The translations under genes and the position numbers were made by a program. Positions 38,824 to 49,229 of a DNA stretch of 64,000 nucleotides are shown here, in pieces (the stretch's first letter is position 1; each line of letters begins with the position of its first letter). The stretch spans positions 352,001-416,000 of the forward strand of contig JAZIGN010000003.1 in the NCBI GenBank assembly GCA_036679065.1. The letters are read 5' to 3'. The DNA is from Coprothermobacterota bacterium. Its GTDB lineage: Bacteria > Coprothermobacterota > Coprothermobacteria > Coprothermobacterales > Coprothermobacteraceae. The notes beneath the pieces were generated by a model that ran no database searches, was not told the DNA's origin, and saw only the letters and a program-made list of their open reading frames with translations.

Positions 38824-40230
38824 TTACTCGACAGCTTCGCTGGTGGCAAGTAGCGAAGACAATGCAGCTAATACTGAAGCGCCTGCACTTAAAAGGTAGG
38901 TGTAACGCAACCCTCTTAGGAAGAGAAGGCCATCGGAGATTGAGAATGTGGACTGACCAAGAATGGTGTGGGGAACAAAGCTGTAAAGAGTTAGGCTTCC
39001 GAAAGCGACGCCCAAAGCCATTCCCATGTTGCGTATCATGGAAAGCATGGCTGAGCCTATGCCCAAATACCTGTCAGGTAGTGTAACCATTACCGATTTG
39101 CTATTTATGGATTGGAACAAACCTGTTCCAAAGCCATATATGACAAGGGCAAAAGTAACGAGCAGAAAACTACTATCTGAGCCTGAAAACGCAAGCGCAA
39201 CTATGCCTAAAGCAGATATAACAGATGATATGAAGCACAGAATGTTGTCTGATACTTTAGCATTAACAAACTGGCTAAGCAAGGAACTGAACATACTCAT
39301 AAGTGGAAAAACAGTGACTATGAGCCCTGAAATGTGTGGCGGATAGCCAAGTAGGCGTTGTAAGTGAAATGGAAGGACAAAGGTCATCATAAACTGAGAA
39401 ACAAAGGTAAAAAAGGAAGCTATTAAGCCAAAAGAGAAGGAACGATTTCTAAAAAGTTTTAGGTTAACTAAAGCATGAGGGTTTACTTGCTCGAGGTAAA
39501 TGAACAGTATTAGTGCCAAAACAGAAACTGTTAGCAGAGCCTGATTAAATGGACTAAAACCATGAGTCGAAAAAAGGCTGACAAACAGTAAAAGTGTTGA
39601 CGAAAACAAGAAGAACAATGCAGCTCCCAGGTAATCAACTTTTGCAACTGTGCCTTTGAAGTTAGGTATGTATTTGGCTGTAAGGAAAATGCCAATCAAA
39701 GCTACAATGCCATCGACAAAGAATACCCAGCGCCAGCTCAAATAGTTTGTTAACAAGCCTGCTAACAATGGTCCTATTACCAGTCCCAAGGACACAGTGA
39801 AAATATTTATCCCCATGGCTCTACCAAGCTCATCAGGTGAGAAAACGGCGGTAATAATGGCGAAGACAACAGACATGATCATTGAAGCGCCTAGTCCTTG
39901 AAGAGCTCTGAGAATAATCAGTAAAGTGATGGATGGAGCAAAACCTGCCATGAAAGATGCAGCGCAGAACAGCCATAACCCCCACAGGAAAGGTTTTCTA
40001 TAGCCAACAGCATCTCCTATTTTGCCGAAGAGAAGCATAGTAGCGCTCACCACTGTTAGGTTTACAACTGGTACCCACTGCACTACAGACATGGGGACAC
40101 TAAAAGCGTCGCTTAATGTGGGAAGAACAACGTTAATCATGCTCCCATCTATGGGACCTATGATGTTCCCTATAAGAACGGCCCACAAAATGGCATAGCG
40201 ATATACGGACATAGACTTTTGCTTTTCCAT
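38824..40230 (-). CDS. MFS transporter, DHA2 (14-TM) type
   Basis: DGSMINVVLP, GKIGDAVGYRK, RALQGLG and WRWVF. Start moved to ATG 40230 because the tracked start lies inside the pruA terminator. Confidence 0.9.
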   Translation of the reverse strand: MEKQKSMSVYRYAILWAVLIGNIIGPIDGSMINVVLPTLSDAFSVPMSVVQWVPVVNLTVVSATMLLFGKIGDAVGYRKPFLWGLWLFCAASFMAGFAPSITLLIILRALQGLGASMIMSVVFAIITAVFSPDELGRAMGINIFTVSLGLVIGPLLAGLLTNYLSWRWVFFVDGIVALIGIFLTAKYIPNFKGTVAKVDYLGAALFFLFSSTLLLFVSLFSTHGFSPFNQALLTVSVLALILFIYLEQVNPHALVNLKLFRNRSFSFGLIASFFTFVSQFMMTFVLPFHLQRLLGYPPHISGLIVTVFPLMSMFSSLLSQFVNAKVSDNILCFISSVISALGIVALAFSGSDSSFLLVTFALVIYGFGTGLFQSINSKSVMVTLPDRYLGIGSAMLSMIRNMGMALGVAFGSLTLYSFVPHTILGQSTFSISDGLLFLRGLRYTYLLSAGASVLAALSSLLATSEAVE

Positions 40231-40250
40231 GCAAAAATGATACCGTATAA

Positions 40251-40293
40251 AGAAAAAACAAAAAAGGAGAAGCACCCAGAAGATGCTTCTCCC
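40251..40293 (-). terminator. Intrinsic terminator of pruA
   Basis: GGAGAAGCA...TGCTTCTCC stem with a long U tract on the minus strand. Confidence 0.8.
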
Positions 40294-40319
40294 TAATGCT
40301 ATTTATGTTTGTAGCTCTA

Positions 40320-41951
40320 TTATTCTTCCTGTAGGAAAGGATATGTCCAGCTCGTGGGGGGTATGAAGTTTTCTTTTATGGTTCTTGGCGAAATCCAACG
40401 GAGTAAGTTAAAGGGCGAGCCAGCTTTATCGTTGGTTCCGGAGCGGCGAGCGCCTCCGAAAGGCTGCTGACCAACTACGGCTCCAGTGGGCTTGTCGTTT
40501 ATGTAGAAGTTACCTGCTGCGAAGCGTAGCACTTCATAGGCTTTATTAATAGCTTTTCTGTCATTGGCAAATATGCTACCAGTGAGTCCGTAAGGAGAGG
40601 TTTCATTGCAAAGTTGAAGAATTTCCTCATACTGGTTATCTTCATAGACATACACAGTTAGCACAGGTCCAAATATTTCTTCTTCCATGGTTACGAAATG
40701 CGGATCCTGGGTTTCAATTATGGTGGGTCTTATAAAGTACCCTTTAGTTTTATCTCCCTGACCGCCTGCGATGATTTTTGCTACATTGGAGTTCTTCGCT
40801 TTTTCTATGTAGCCCATGATCTTATCAAAGGCGGCTTCGTCGATTACAGCATTAACGAAGTTGCGGAAATCACGAACATCACCCATGCGAATAGATTCAG
40901 TTTGGTCCACAAGTTCTTGTTTTATTTCTTTCCACAGGGATTGTGGTATGTATGCTCTGGAGGCAGCAGAACACTTTTGTCCTTGGTATTCAAAAGCGCC
41001 GCGTATAAGTGCAGTTATGAGAGCTTTCGGATCGGCAGAAGAGTGTGCCACTACAAAGTCTTTACCACCAGTTTCGCCCACAATGCGTGGATAGGTTTTG
41101 TATGTGTCCATGTGTTCTACAATGGTTTTCCAGAAGCCATCAAAGGTGGAAGTTGAACCCGTGAAATGCAAACCTGCAAAGTACGGATCATTGAAAACCA
41201 CGTTGCTAATGTCGGGGCCTGAGCCTGGCACAAAGTTTATAACTCCATCAGGAAGACCAGCTTCCTTATAAAGTTGCATTAGGTAGTAATTGGACAGCAC
41301 TGCTGTGGACGCGGGTTTCCAAACCACTACGTTACCCATAAGCGCAGGAGCAGTGGCCAAGTTCAGTGCAATGGCAGTAAAGTTAAAAGGTGAGACTGCG
41401 AAGACAAAGCCTTCCAATGGTCTGTAATCCATTCTGTTGAAACTGTCGCTTGAGGATACAGGTTCCCATTGGTTGATAAGTGAGGCAAAATAAGGGTTGT
41501 ACCTGAGGTAATCTATACTTTCACATGCAGCGTCGATTTCGGCTTGATAGACGTTTTTACCCTGGCCAAGCATGGTAGCAGCATTTACTAAATGTCTGTA
41601 TTTGGTGCTAAGAAGTTCGGCTGCTTTTAAAAATATGGATGCTTTGTCGATCCAAGACATGTTCGCCCAATCTTTTTTTGCTTCTAGAGCAGCTTCTATG
41701 GCCATTTTTGTTTCTTCTGGGCCAGCTTTGTGATAAGTAGCGAGAACGTGACCATGGTCGTGAGGCATTACTATTTTGCCTGTACGCCCTGTGTAAATTT
41801 CTTTTCCACCAATTATGAGGGGAATTTCTATGGTCGTGTTGCTTTGACGTTCTAACTCTGCTTTAAGCTGTGCCCTTTCTAGGCTCCCTGGGGCGTAGGA
41901 AAGAACAGGCTCATTTTTCGGAAATGGAATGTGAAAACCAGCATCGCTCAT
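40320..41951 (-). CDS. pruA: 1-pyrroline-5-carboxylate (glutamate semialdehyde) dehydrogenase
   Basis: NEPVLSY, SPFNF, FTGS, GETGGK, FEYQGQKCSA, EEIFGP and SGTNDKAG. Confidence 0.95.
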   Translation of the reverse strand: MSDAGFHIPFPKNEPVLSYAPGSLERAQLKAELERQSNTTIEIPLIIGGKEIYTGRTGKIVMPHDHGHVLATYHKAGPEETKMAIEAALEAKKDWANMSWIDKASIFLKAAELLSTKYRHLVNAATMLGQGKNVYQAEIDAACESIDYLRYNPYFASLINQWEPVSSSDSFNRMDYRPLEGFVFAVSPFNFTAIALNLATAPALMGNVVVWKPASTAVLSNYYLMQLYKEAGLPDGVINFVPGSGPDISNVVFNDPYFAGLHFTGSTSTFDGFWKTIVEHMDTYKTYPRIVGETGGKDFVVAHSSADPKALITALIRGAFEYQGQKCSAASRAYIPQSLWKEIKQELVDQTESIRMGDVRDFRNFVNAVIDEAAFDKIMGYIEKAKNSNVAKIIAGGQGDKTKGYFIRPTIIETQDPHFVTMEEEIFGPVLTVYVYEDNQYEEILQLCNETSPYGLTGSIFANDRKAINKAYEVLRFAAGNFYINDKPTGAVVGQQPFGGARRSGTNDKAGSPFNLLRWISPRTIKENFIPPTSWTYPFLQEE

Positions 41952-42332
41952 TGGTTATTACCTCCTTTTAAAGGTTAGTGTCTTCACCACCCTGTTCACA
42001 TGTTACCAAATGTTGAACTAAAACTTAACTCAATTTGAATAATATGGTAGTTATGCGTCTCATATGCAGTCACATTTCACTTACACCATCACGTAAATGT
42101 GAATATTATATCTAATTGTTCTACGCAAAAAAGTTTATAAAATTACACAATTGTGGTATAAAATGTAAAGTGAGGTGAAGTAGTTTGACATTCTCGGTAG
42201 GACTTAGAGAATTTAATTAGTTAGAACCTTAAAGTCTAGTTTTTCCAACAAAACAATGTGCAGCCTTGTTGCATACATTCGATGTCACCTCAAATTGATT
42301 CTTAGCTAAACCGTTAGAAAGGAGTCGTTCTT

Positions 42333-42575
42333 TTGGTAGTGGAGGTTTTGGTTCCCGTACTCGGCTTGGGTGTGGAGAAAGTGGAAATTGTAAAGTTCTA
42401 CAAGAAAGAAGGGGAAAGGGTAGAAAAAGGTGAGCCGTTAGTTCAGGTAATTACTTCAAAGATCACTACTGATATTGAAGCCCCGGCTACTGGTATTGTG
42501 AAGAAATTGTATGGTGCTGAGGGGGACCAAATTCCTGTTCAGCAGAAGATTGCAGAGATTGAAACGGAGGGGTAG
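42333..42575 (+). CDS. Stand-alone lipoyl/biotinyl carrier domain
   Basis: KKEGERVEKGEPLVQVITSKITTDIEAPATG, 80 aa, with its own RBS and stop. Confidence 0.88.
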   Translation: MVVEVLVPVLGLGVEKVEIVKFYKKEGERVEKGEPLVQVITSKITTDIEAPATGIVKKLYGAEGDQIPVQQKIAEIETEG

Positions 42576-42630
42576 CGAATGGTGAGATCTTTTGGAGAGA
42601 ACGGAAACTAACAGTGAAGGGGGTAATGAA

Positions 42631-43620
42631 ATGCTTTCAAACGAAGACTTAATGTGGATGTACAGAAAACTTGTTCTCCTCCGCCAAGCAGAGGAGAGAT
42701 TAGTTCAGCTGTCCAATCAAGGTAAGGTTGGGACACTTCTAGCTGGTGTAGGTCAGGAAGCCATTCCAGTTGGTGCTGTAAAAACCATGGGATCTGACGA
42801 CAAATGGGCACCGTCTCACAGGGGAGTCTGTGACATGGTGGTGAAGGACGGAGTGGAGCTCAAATACGTTTATGCTGAGGTTTATGGTAAAGCGACTGGT
42901 TACAACAAGGGCAAAGGTGGGTCAATGCACTTGGCTTCCTACAAAGACAACGTGTTGAATCTGGTTGGCATAGTAGGTGGAGGCATTCCTCTAGCAACAG
43001 GATCAGCTTTAGCTCAGAAAAAGCAAAAGACTGGTGGAGCAACTCTGTGTTTCTTTGGCGACGGAGCAAGCAACCAAGGTACCTTCCACGAATCTTTGAA
43101 TTTAGCAGCTGTTTGGAAGTTACCAATTGTTTATGTAGTACAGAACAACCAGTACGCAATGACTACTGCAGCTTCATATGCGGTGTCTGTAAAGGACATA
43201 TCAGAAAGAGCAAAAGGATACGGCATCCCTGGAATGACTGTGGATGGCAATGATGTTTTGGCTGTTTACGAAGCTGTTGATGAAGCTATGAAAAGAGCAA
43301 GGCAAGGTGAAGGTCCATCTTTGATTGAGTGCAAGACGTATAGGTGGTATGGCCACCATGCTGGGGCAGGGGCTGATGAACAAATGGGATGGATCTACAG
43401 ACCTGCGGAGGAAGTTGAAGAATGGAAAGCAAAAGATCCCATACCCAGGTTTGAAAAGAAGCTTGTGGAACAAGGTGTACTTGACGAGAGCAAGAAGAAG
43501 GTCGTATGGGACGAAGTAAATGCCTACATTGAAGAAGCAGTACAGTTTGCAGAATCCAGTCCATGGCCAGATCCCGCAGAAGTGTACACTGACGTGTTCA
43601 CTGACTATATACCTTCATAA
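42631..43620 (+). CDS. TPP-dependent dehydrogenase E1 alpha subunit, copy 1
   Basis: GQEA, SHRG, GKGGSMH, GDGASNQG...NN and TYRWYGH. ATG 42631 follows a GGGGG RBS and matches the start of copy 2. Confidence 0.92.
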   Translation: MLSNEDLMWMYRKLVLLRQAEERLVQLSNQGKVGTLLAGVGQEAIPVGAVKTMGSDDKWAPSHRGVCDMVVKDGVELKYVYAEVYGKATGYNKGKGGSMHLASYKDNVLNLVGIVGGGIPLATGSALAQKKQKTGGATLCFFGDGASNQGTFHESLNLAAVWKLPIVYVVQNNQYAMTTAASYAVSVKDISERAKGYGIPGMTVDGNDVLAVYEAVDEAMKRARQGEGPSLIECKTYRWYGHHAGAGADEQMGWIYRPAEEVEEWKAKDPIPRFEKKLVEQGVLDESKKKVVWDEVNAYIEEAVQFAESSPWPDPAEVYTDVFTDYIPS

Positions 43621-43633
43621 GGGGGGACGAGTA

Positions 43634-44600
43634 ATGAGCCAATTAATGTTTCTTCAAGCCATAAACCAAGCTCTCAGAGAAGAGCTTAGAAGAGACGAAA
43701 AAGTAATCCTAATGGGAGAAGACGTCCATACCGGTACCTTCGGCGAAACCAAAGGGATTTTTGAGGAATTTGGACCTGAAAGAGTTATGAGCACTCCAAT
43801 TTCGGAAAGTGGTTTTACGGGAACTGCCGTAGGTGCAGCCATTGGAGGTATGAGACCAGTAGTTGAGTTTATGGTATCAGATTTCATGTTTGTTGCCATG
43901 GATCAGCTTGTCAACCAAGCAGCAAAGACCAGGTACATGACAGGTGGACAAGCTACGATTCCTGTTACTTTTATGGCTTTAAACATGGGTGGGGGGGGCT
44001 GCAGGTCAGCACTCCGACAATACTGCTGCTTATTTTGTGCACACACCAGGGCTCAAGGTGGTTATGCCTTCAACCCCTTATGATGCCAAAGGACTGCTCA
44101 AGAGTGCCATACGTGATGATAATCCAGTCATTTACTTTATGGAATTTAAAGTGTTCATGAATCGAGAGGAAGTACCAGATGAAGATTACACAGTACCCAT
44201 AGGAAAAGGAATTGTAAGAAGAGAAGGGAAAGACGTTACCATTGTTGGTGCTGGTTACGCGAATTACCTAGCCATGCAGGTAGCTGAGAAACTGGCGGGC
44301 GAAGGCGTATCAGTGGAAGTTGTGGACCCGCGGACACTTACCCCTCTTGACGAAGATGTAATCCTGGGGTCGGTTGCAAAGACTGGTAGATTGGTTGTAT
44401 GTGACGATGATTGGAGGCAATGTTCCTTTGCTTCGGAAGTCTCTGCTGTGGTTGCGGAAAAAGGATATGTATATTTAAAAGCTCCTATTAGAAGAGTAAC
44501 TAGAGCTCAAGTACCTGTCCCGCATTCTCCTGTGCTTGAAAGGGAAATGCTCATAAGCGAAGAAAAACTGATCAAAGCAGTTAAGGAAATACTACAGTAA
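43634..44600 (+). pseudogene. E1 beta subunit, copy 1, split by a +1 frameshift in a G8 tract (43991-43998)
   Basis: MSQLMFLQAINQAL...TPISESGF...NMGGG, then a frame switch to AAGQHS...PGLKVV...VEVVDPRTL. The two halves together are colinear with copy 2. Confidence 0.88.
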
Positions 44601-44617
44601 GGAATTAGGCAGATAGC

Positions 44618-44667
44618 CATGAAGGGAGTAGAAATGTTTGACGCACTGTTACATGCTCCCTTCATGG
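44618..44667 (+). terminator. Hairpin after the first E1 pair
   Basis: CATGAAGGGAG...CTCCCTTCATG stem with a large loop, followed by GGTTTT. Confidence 0.55.
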
Positions 44668-45053
44668 GTTTTGCACATGAGATATGTACAGGATGCTGTA
44701 ATTGTAATCATAGTCGTTGCGTTGCGGTGTGGGTGAGATTTAGAATGCTGTTATTGATGCTGGTTTAAGTATTGTCACTATGCTCTTATATGTTCAAGTC
44801 CTTGGCTTTCTTGTGATCCCTGCTGTGTTTTAAGTACCTTTCGAAGCTTCCGATAATGTTCTTATAAAAGCTGTTCTGTTGAACGGGGAAAGTGAGATCT
44901 CGAGCGTTAGCGGGATTGTTGAGATCCTGGCTTTTGCTTGGTGAGAGAACAAGTTTTTTCTTGAGCACAAGATTGTCCAGAATGGAAAGGAGATGTTTGC
45001 CTATGATCTGATGCCTGCGAAAGTTAAAAGCAAAAAGTAAAGGGGGTAATTAA

Positions 45054-46043
45054 ATGTTGTCCAATGAAGATCTTATTGAAATGTATGAGAAGATGGTTCT
45101 TTTGCGCCAGGCTGAAGAAAAACTTGTAGAACAATCCTCTAAAGGAAAGGTATGGACACTGTTGGCTGGCGTAGGACAAGAGGCAATCCCAGTGGGAACT
45201 GTGAAGGCGTTAGGACCAGAAGACTACTGGGAGATTTCACACAGGGGTACTAGTGACGCTGCGGCACGGGATGGTGTCGATCTGAAACGTTTGTTTGCCG
45301 AGGTACACGGTCGAGCTACCGGGTACAGCAAAGGCAAAGGCGGCAACATGCACGTTGAGGCGTTTGAAGCTAAAGTACTTCCTATGTTGAGTATTGTAGG
45401 TGAGTCCATTCCTGTCTCTGCAGGTGTTGCCCTGGCGCAAAAAATGAAGAATACTGGCGGAGCTACGATTTGTTTCTTTGGCGATGGTGCTTCTAACCAA
45501 GGAGTCTTCCATGAAGGTCTTAACCTTGCCACTATATGGAGGTTACCTGTAGTCTATTTGGTTCAGAATAACCAATATGCTGTGTCAACCCCAGCTTCTT
45601 ACGCAGTTTCTGTGAAGAACATTTCCGAAAGAGCGAAAGGTTATGGAATACCGGGAGTAACAATTGACGGAAACGATGTACTGGCCGTTTATGAGGCGGT
45701 TAGCGAGGCGTTGAAGAGAGCAAAAGAAGGTGAAGGTCCTACTTTAATTGAGGCTATCACATACAGGTGGTACGGCCATCATGCGGGGGCGGGAGCCGAC
45801 GAACAAATGGGGTGGATCTACAGACCTGAGGAAGAAGTTGAAGAGTGGAAGAAAAAAGATCCTGTCGCGAATTTTGAGAAAAAGCTGATGGCTCAAGGAA
45901 TACTTACCGAAGAGAAGAAAACACAGATTTGGGACAAAGTGAATAAGCAGGTTGAAGAAGCCGTAGAGTTCGCGGAGTCCAGTCCATTCCCGGATCCGAG
46001 TGAAGCTTTCACAGATGTTTACACGGATCTTGTTCTTCCTTAG
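45054..46043 (+). CDS. TPP-dependent dehydrogenase E1 alpha subunit, copy 2
   Basis: Same motifs as copy 1 (GQEA, SHRG, GDGASNQG, YGHHAGAGADEQMGWIYRP). Confidence 0.92.
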   Translation: MLSNEDLIEMYEKMVLLRQAEEKLVEQSSKGKVWTLLAGVGQEAIPVGTVKALGPEDYWEISHRGTSDAAARDGVDLKRLFAEVHGRATGYSKGKGGNMHVEAFEAKVLPMLSIVGESIPVSAGVALAQKMKNTGGATICFFGDGASNQGVFHEGLNLATIWRLPVVYLVQNNQYAVSTPASYAVSVKNISERAKGYGIPGVTIDGNDVLAVYEAVSEALKRAKEGEGPTLIEAITYRWYGHHAGAGADEQMGWIYRPEEEVEEWKKKDPVANFEKKLMAQGILTEEKKTQIWDKVNKQVEEAVEFAESSPFPDPSEAFTDVYTDLVLP

Positions 46044-46058
46044 AAAGGGGGGATTGTA

Positions 46059-47027
46059 ATGAGTCAGAAGATGTTCGTGCAGGCAATAAATGAAGCTTTA
46101 AGAGAGGAACTCCGGCGAGACCCTAATGTGTTTATGATGGGAGAGAACTTGGAGCTTGGCATGTTTGGTGCTGAGGCAGGGCTATATGAAGAATTTGGCT
46201 TCGAGCGGATAAGGTATACACCTATTTCTGAGGCAGGGTTTACGGGGCTTGCCACAGGTGCGTCACTATTAGGGATGAGACCTGTGGTGGAATATGGAGC
46301 AGCGAGTTTCATGTACGTGGCAGCAGACCAAATGATCTCAGTTGCTGGGCGCCTCAGATACGCAACCGGAGGAGATGTATGCGTGCCAGTTACTTACCTG
46401 GCTATGAGCATGGGTGGTGGAGGTGCTGGACCTCAACACTCCGATAATATATGCTCACTATTTGTTCACTATCCGGGATTTAAGGTAGTGTATCCCTCCA
46501 CACCATATGATGCAAAGGGACTGCTTAAGAGTGCCATACGTGATGATAACCCAGTAGTCTTTGCCTATGACATAAGATCTGCTATGGTGAAAGGTGAGGT
46601 GCCAGATGAGGAATACTTAGTACCCATAGGCAAAGGCGACATAAAAAGAGAAGGTAAAGATGTCACAGTAGTAGCTGCTGGATCCACGAACACAATGGCC
46701 CTGGAGGCTGCTGACGAACTGGCTAAAGAAGGCATTTCCGTAGAAGTCGTTGATCCGAGGACTATAAAACCTTTGGACAAAGAACTAATCCTCAGCTCTT
46801 TGGAAAAGACTGGAAGATTGGTAGTCTGTTTAGACGATTACAGGGATAGTTCTTTTGCTTCGGACGTAGCTGCCATTGCCGCTGATGAGGGATTTAAATT
46901 CTTGAAGGCTCCTGTAAAGCGAGTTGCCAGAGCACAGGTGCCACCTCCATATACAACCGTACTTGAAAGAGAAGTTATGCCTGACAAGGACAAAATAGCG
47001 AGGGCCATAAGAGAAGTATTGCAGTAA
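46059..47027 (+). CDS. E1 beta subunit, copy 2
   Basis: TPISEAGF, GMRPVVE, GPQHS and DAKGLLKSAIRDDNPV. Confidence 0.92.
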   Translation: MSQKMFVQAINEALREELRRDPNVFMMGENLELGMFGAEAGLYEEFGFERIRYTPISEAGFTGLATGASLLGMRPVVEYGAASFMYVAADQMISVAGRLRYATGGDVCVPVTYLAMSMGGGGAGPQHSDNICSLFVHYPGFKVVYPSTPYDAKGLLKSAIRDDNPVVFAYDIRSAMVKGEVPDEEYLVPIGKGDIKREGKDVTVVAAGSTNTMALEAADELAKEGISVEVVDPRTIKPLDKELILSSLEKTGRLVVCLDDYRDSSFASDVAAIAADEGFKFLKAPVKRVARAQVPPPYTTVLEREVMPDKDKIARAIREVLQ

Positions 47028-47058
47028 CTACAGCTAGTTCCAAAGAATTATGAAGAAC

Positions 47059-47093
47059 AGGGTGGCGGCACTTTTGCCGCCACTCTTCCTTTA
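47059..47093 (+). terminator. Intrinsic terminator
   Basis: GTGGCGGCA-CTTT-TGCCGCCAC followed by TCTTCCTTT. Confidence 0.7.
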
Positions 47094-47602
47094 AAGTGGT
47101 GGTTTGACTAATCTGGCTATTGTATTTGATTCTTCCAAGAACTTCAAACGAGACACGCCCAATCGTGTTAGGTAACTATCATAGGGATGTTCCGAGTAAA
47201 GCATCTGAGCAGCGCGCGGGGTTAATGATAAGTCCATGTTTAATGCTTTGCTTAAGTTTCTGATAAGGGAGGGCAGAGAAGCAATAAACGATTTACTTCC
47301 ACTAAGGAGGAAGGTTTTTTGAGCTGTTCCTGGTAAACGAGCTTTCTTTGTATTTTGAGTAATGCTGTTTTTTTGAGTGTGAGGAAGGAAGCTACTCCCC
47401 ATACTTACTATTACCGTATACGAAAATTACTTTTTTGCCGACATATTCTGAAAAAGACTGATTCTGCATTGATATTCGATGAACGTTCTTGCTTGGATTT
47501 CAAGTTGTGATAACGTTATAGAGTTCACACGGTGCTAAAGTTGAATTAGTAACCTCCTTTATTCCTTCGAAGCATACATTATGCGAAATGGGGTGAGCGT
47601 GA

Positions 47603-48295
47603 GTGATTAAGCTTATCGGTATCTTGATTGTTGTCGTAGGGTTCGTATTCAGAGTAGATGCTTTGCTCATTGTTCTCATTGCTGGTGTGATAACGGGTTT
47701 AGTATCTGGTCTCAACTTTATGGAGATTCTAAGTATTATGGGGAAAGCTTTTGTAGACAATCGTGCCATGTCTTTGTTCGTGCTGACGTTACCTGCTATA
47801 GGCTTGGCGGAGAAACATGGTTTAAGAGAGCAAGCTGCCAAGCTGATTAGCTCCATAAAGGCTGCTACTGCAGGAAGGATTATGTCTTTGTACTTGGCTC
47901 TTAGGGTTCTTATTGGAGCCTTGGGGCTGAGGTTAGGAGGACATGCTCAGTTTGTAAGACCTTTGGTGGCACCAATGGTCACGGGCGCTGTTCAGGCAAA
48001 GTATGGGGTTGAAGAAATACCAGAAGATCTCTACGAAGATTTAATGGGTTATTCCGCTTCTTCTGAGAATTACGGAAACTTCTATGGTCAGAATATCTTT
48101 GTTGCTGCCAGTGGGTTACTTCTCATTCAAGGCGTTTTCAAAGAGGCTGGCATTGAAGTGGACCTTTTGACCATGTCAAGGTATGCCATACCAGTGGGCA
48201 TCTTTGCCATCATCTATGGAACTCTGCAGTACCTTATGCTGGACCGCAAGATTCAGAAGTATTTTAGTGAAAGGAAGGTGAATGCAAATGGCTAG
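47603..48295 (+). CDS. DUF969 membrane protein (5-oxoproline transporter subunit candidate)
   Basis: LIGILIVVVGF, GKAFVDNR, GLAEKHGLRE, GGHAQFVRPLVAPM and ENYGNFYGQ; linked to pcp. Confidence 0.85.
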   Translation: MIKLIGILIVVVGFVFRVDALLIVLIAGVITGLVSGLNFMEILSIMGKAFVDNRAMSLFVLTLPAIGLAEKHGLREQAAKLISSIKAATAGRIMSLYLALRVLIGALGLRLGGHAQFVRPLVAPMVTGAVQAKYGVEEIPEDLYEDLMGYSASSENYGNFYGQNIFVAASGLLLIQGVFKEAGIEVDLLTMSRYAIPVGIFAIIYGTLQYLMLDRKIQKYFSERKVNANG

Positions 48296-49211
48296 CATAG
48301 TTACCTTGGACAACATATATTTTCTTACTGGATTAGTTCTTATCATTGTATCTGTTTACACAGTTTTTGATAAAGGGAATCCTGCACGTTATACCACGGC
48401 GCTATTTTGGACACTTTTTGGGCTGACGTTCATGGCACCGATTATTCACCTTCCTGATACCGTAGTCGGAGCTTTTCTCGTTGTTATGGCTTTGTTGTCA
48501 GGGTTTAAGCAAATTAGAGTGGGATCTGCTAAAGAATCAAGCGTGGAGTACAGAACTGCGGAAAGGGATAAGTGGGGAAACAAGCTGTTTATACCTATTC
48601 TGATCATACCCATTGTAACGTTTGCGGTTGCTCAGTTTACAAAGTTAGGTGCTTTGATGGGACTGGGGCTGGCATCTATAGCGGCCATAATCGTCGCCAT
48701 GATAATGTTCCGGGAAGGATTTGGCAATACCATGCAGGAGGGACGGAGACTCATTGATGCTGTGGGTGCAGCAGCCACGTTGCCTCAGCTCTTGGCTGCG
48801 CTAGGTGCTGTTTTTAATGCTGCTGGTGTAGGTGCGGTGGTGGCTTCGCTCATATCCGCAGTGGTGCCAACGCAATATGCTTTGGGTACTCTTGCTGCCT
48901 ATTTTATTGGTATGTCCTTGTTCACAATAATAATGGGGAATGCATTTGCTGCCTTTGCTGTGATCACTACAGGTATAGGCATACCTTTGGTTATTGAAAT
49001 GCACGGTGCAAATCCTGCGATTTTGGGTACATTAGGTATGCTCGCAGGTTACTGCGGAACACTGATCAGTCCAATGGCTGCGAACTTTAATATTGTTCCA
49101 GTGGCTTTGCTAGAAATGAAGGACAATTTCGGGGTTATAAAGCGGCAGGCTCCTGTTGCTGTGGTGATGTGGATCACCATTTTGATTTTTGCATACATAA
49201 TCTTGTTTTAA
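48282..49211 (+). CDS. DUF979 membrane protein (5-oxoproline transporter subunit candidate)
   Basis: LPQLLAALG, MGNAFAAF and GYCGTLISPMAANFNIVP. Start may be ATG 48288. Confidence 0.85.
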   Translation: MQMASIVTLDNIYFLTGLVLIIVSVYTVFDKGNPARYTTALFWTLFGLTFMAPIIHLPDTVVGAFLVVMALLSGFKQIRVGSAKESSVEYRTAERDKWGNKLFIPILIIPIVTFAVAQFTKLGALMGLGLASIAAIIVAMIMFREGFGNTMQEGRRLIDAVGAAATLPQLLAALGAVFNAAGVGAVVASLISAVVPTQYALGTLAAYFIGMSLFTIIMGNAFAAFAVITTGIGIPLVIEMHGANPAILGTLGMLAGYCGTLISPMAANFNIVPVALLEMKDNFGVIKRQAPVAVVMWITILIFAYIILF

Positions 49212-49229
49212 GGAAGAAAGGAGGAATCC

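Noticed and set aside
43520..44083. 187-aa ORF as an independent gene
   Set aside because: It is the 5' half of the frameshifted E1 beta (true start 43634) with a spurious upstream extension.
47091..47402. 103-aa minus-strand ORF, faintly like a sigma54-activator fragment
   Set aside because: No RBS and no Walker or GAFTGA motifs; the resemblance is too weak.
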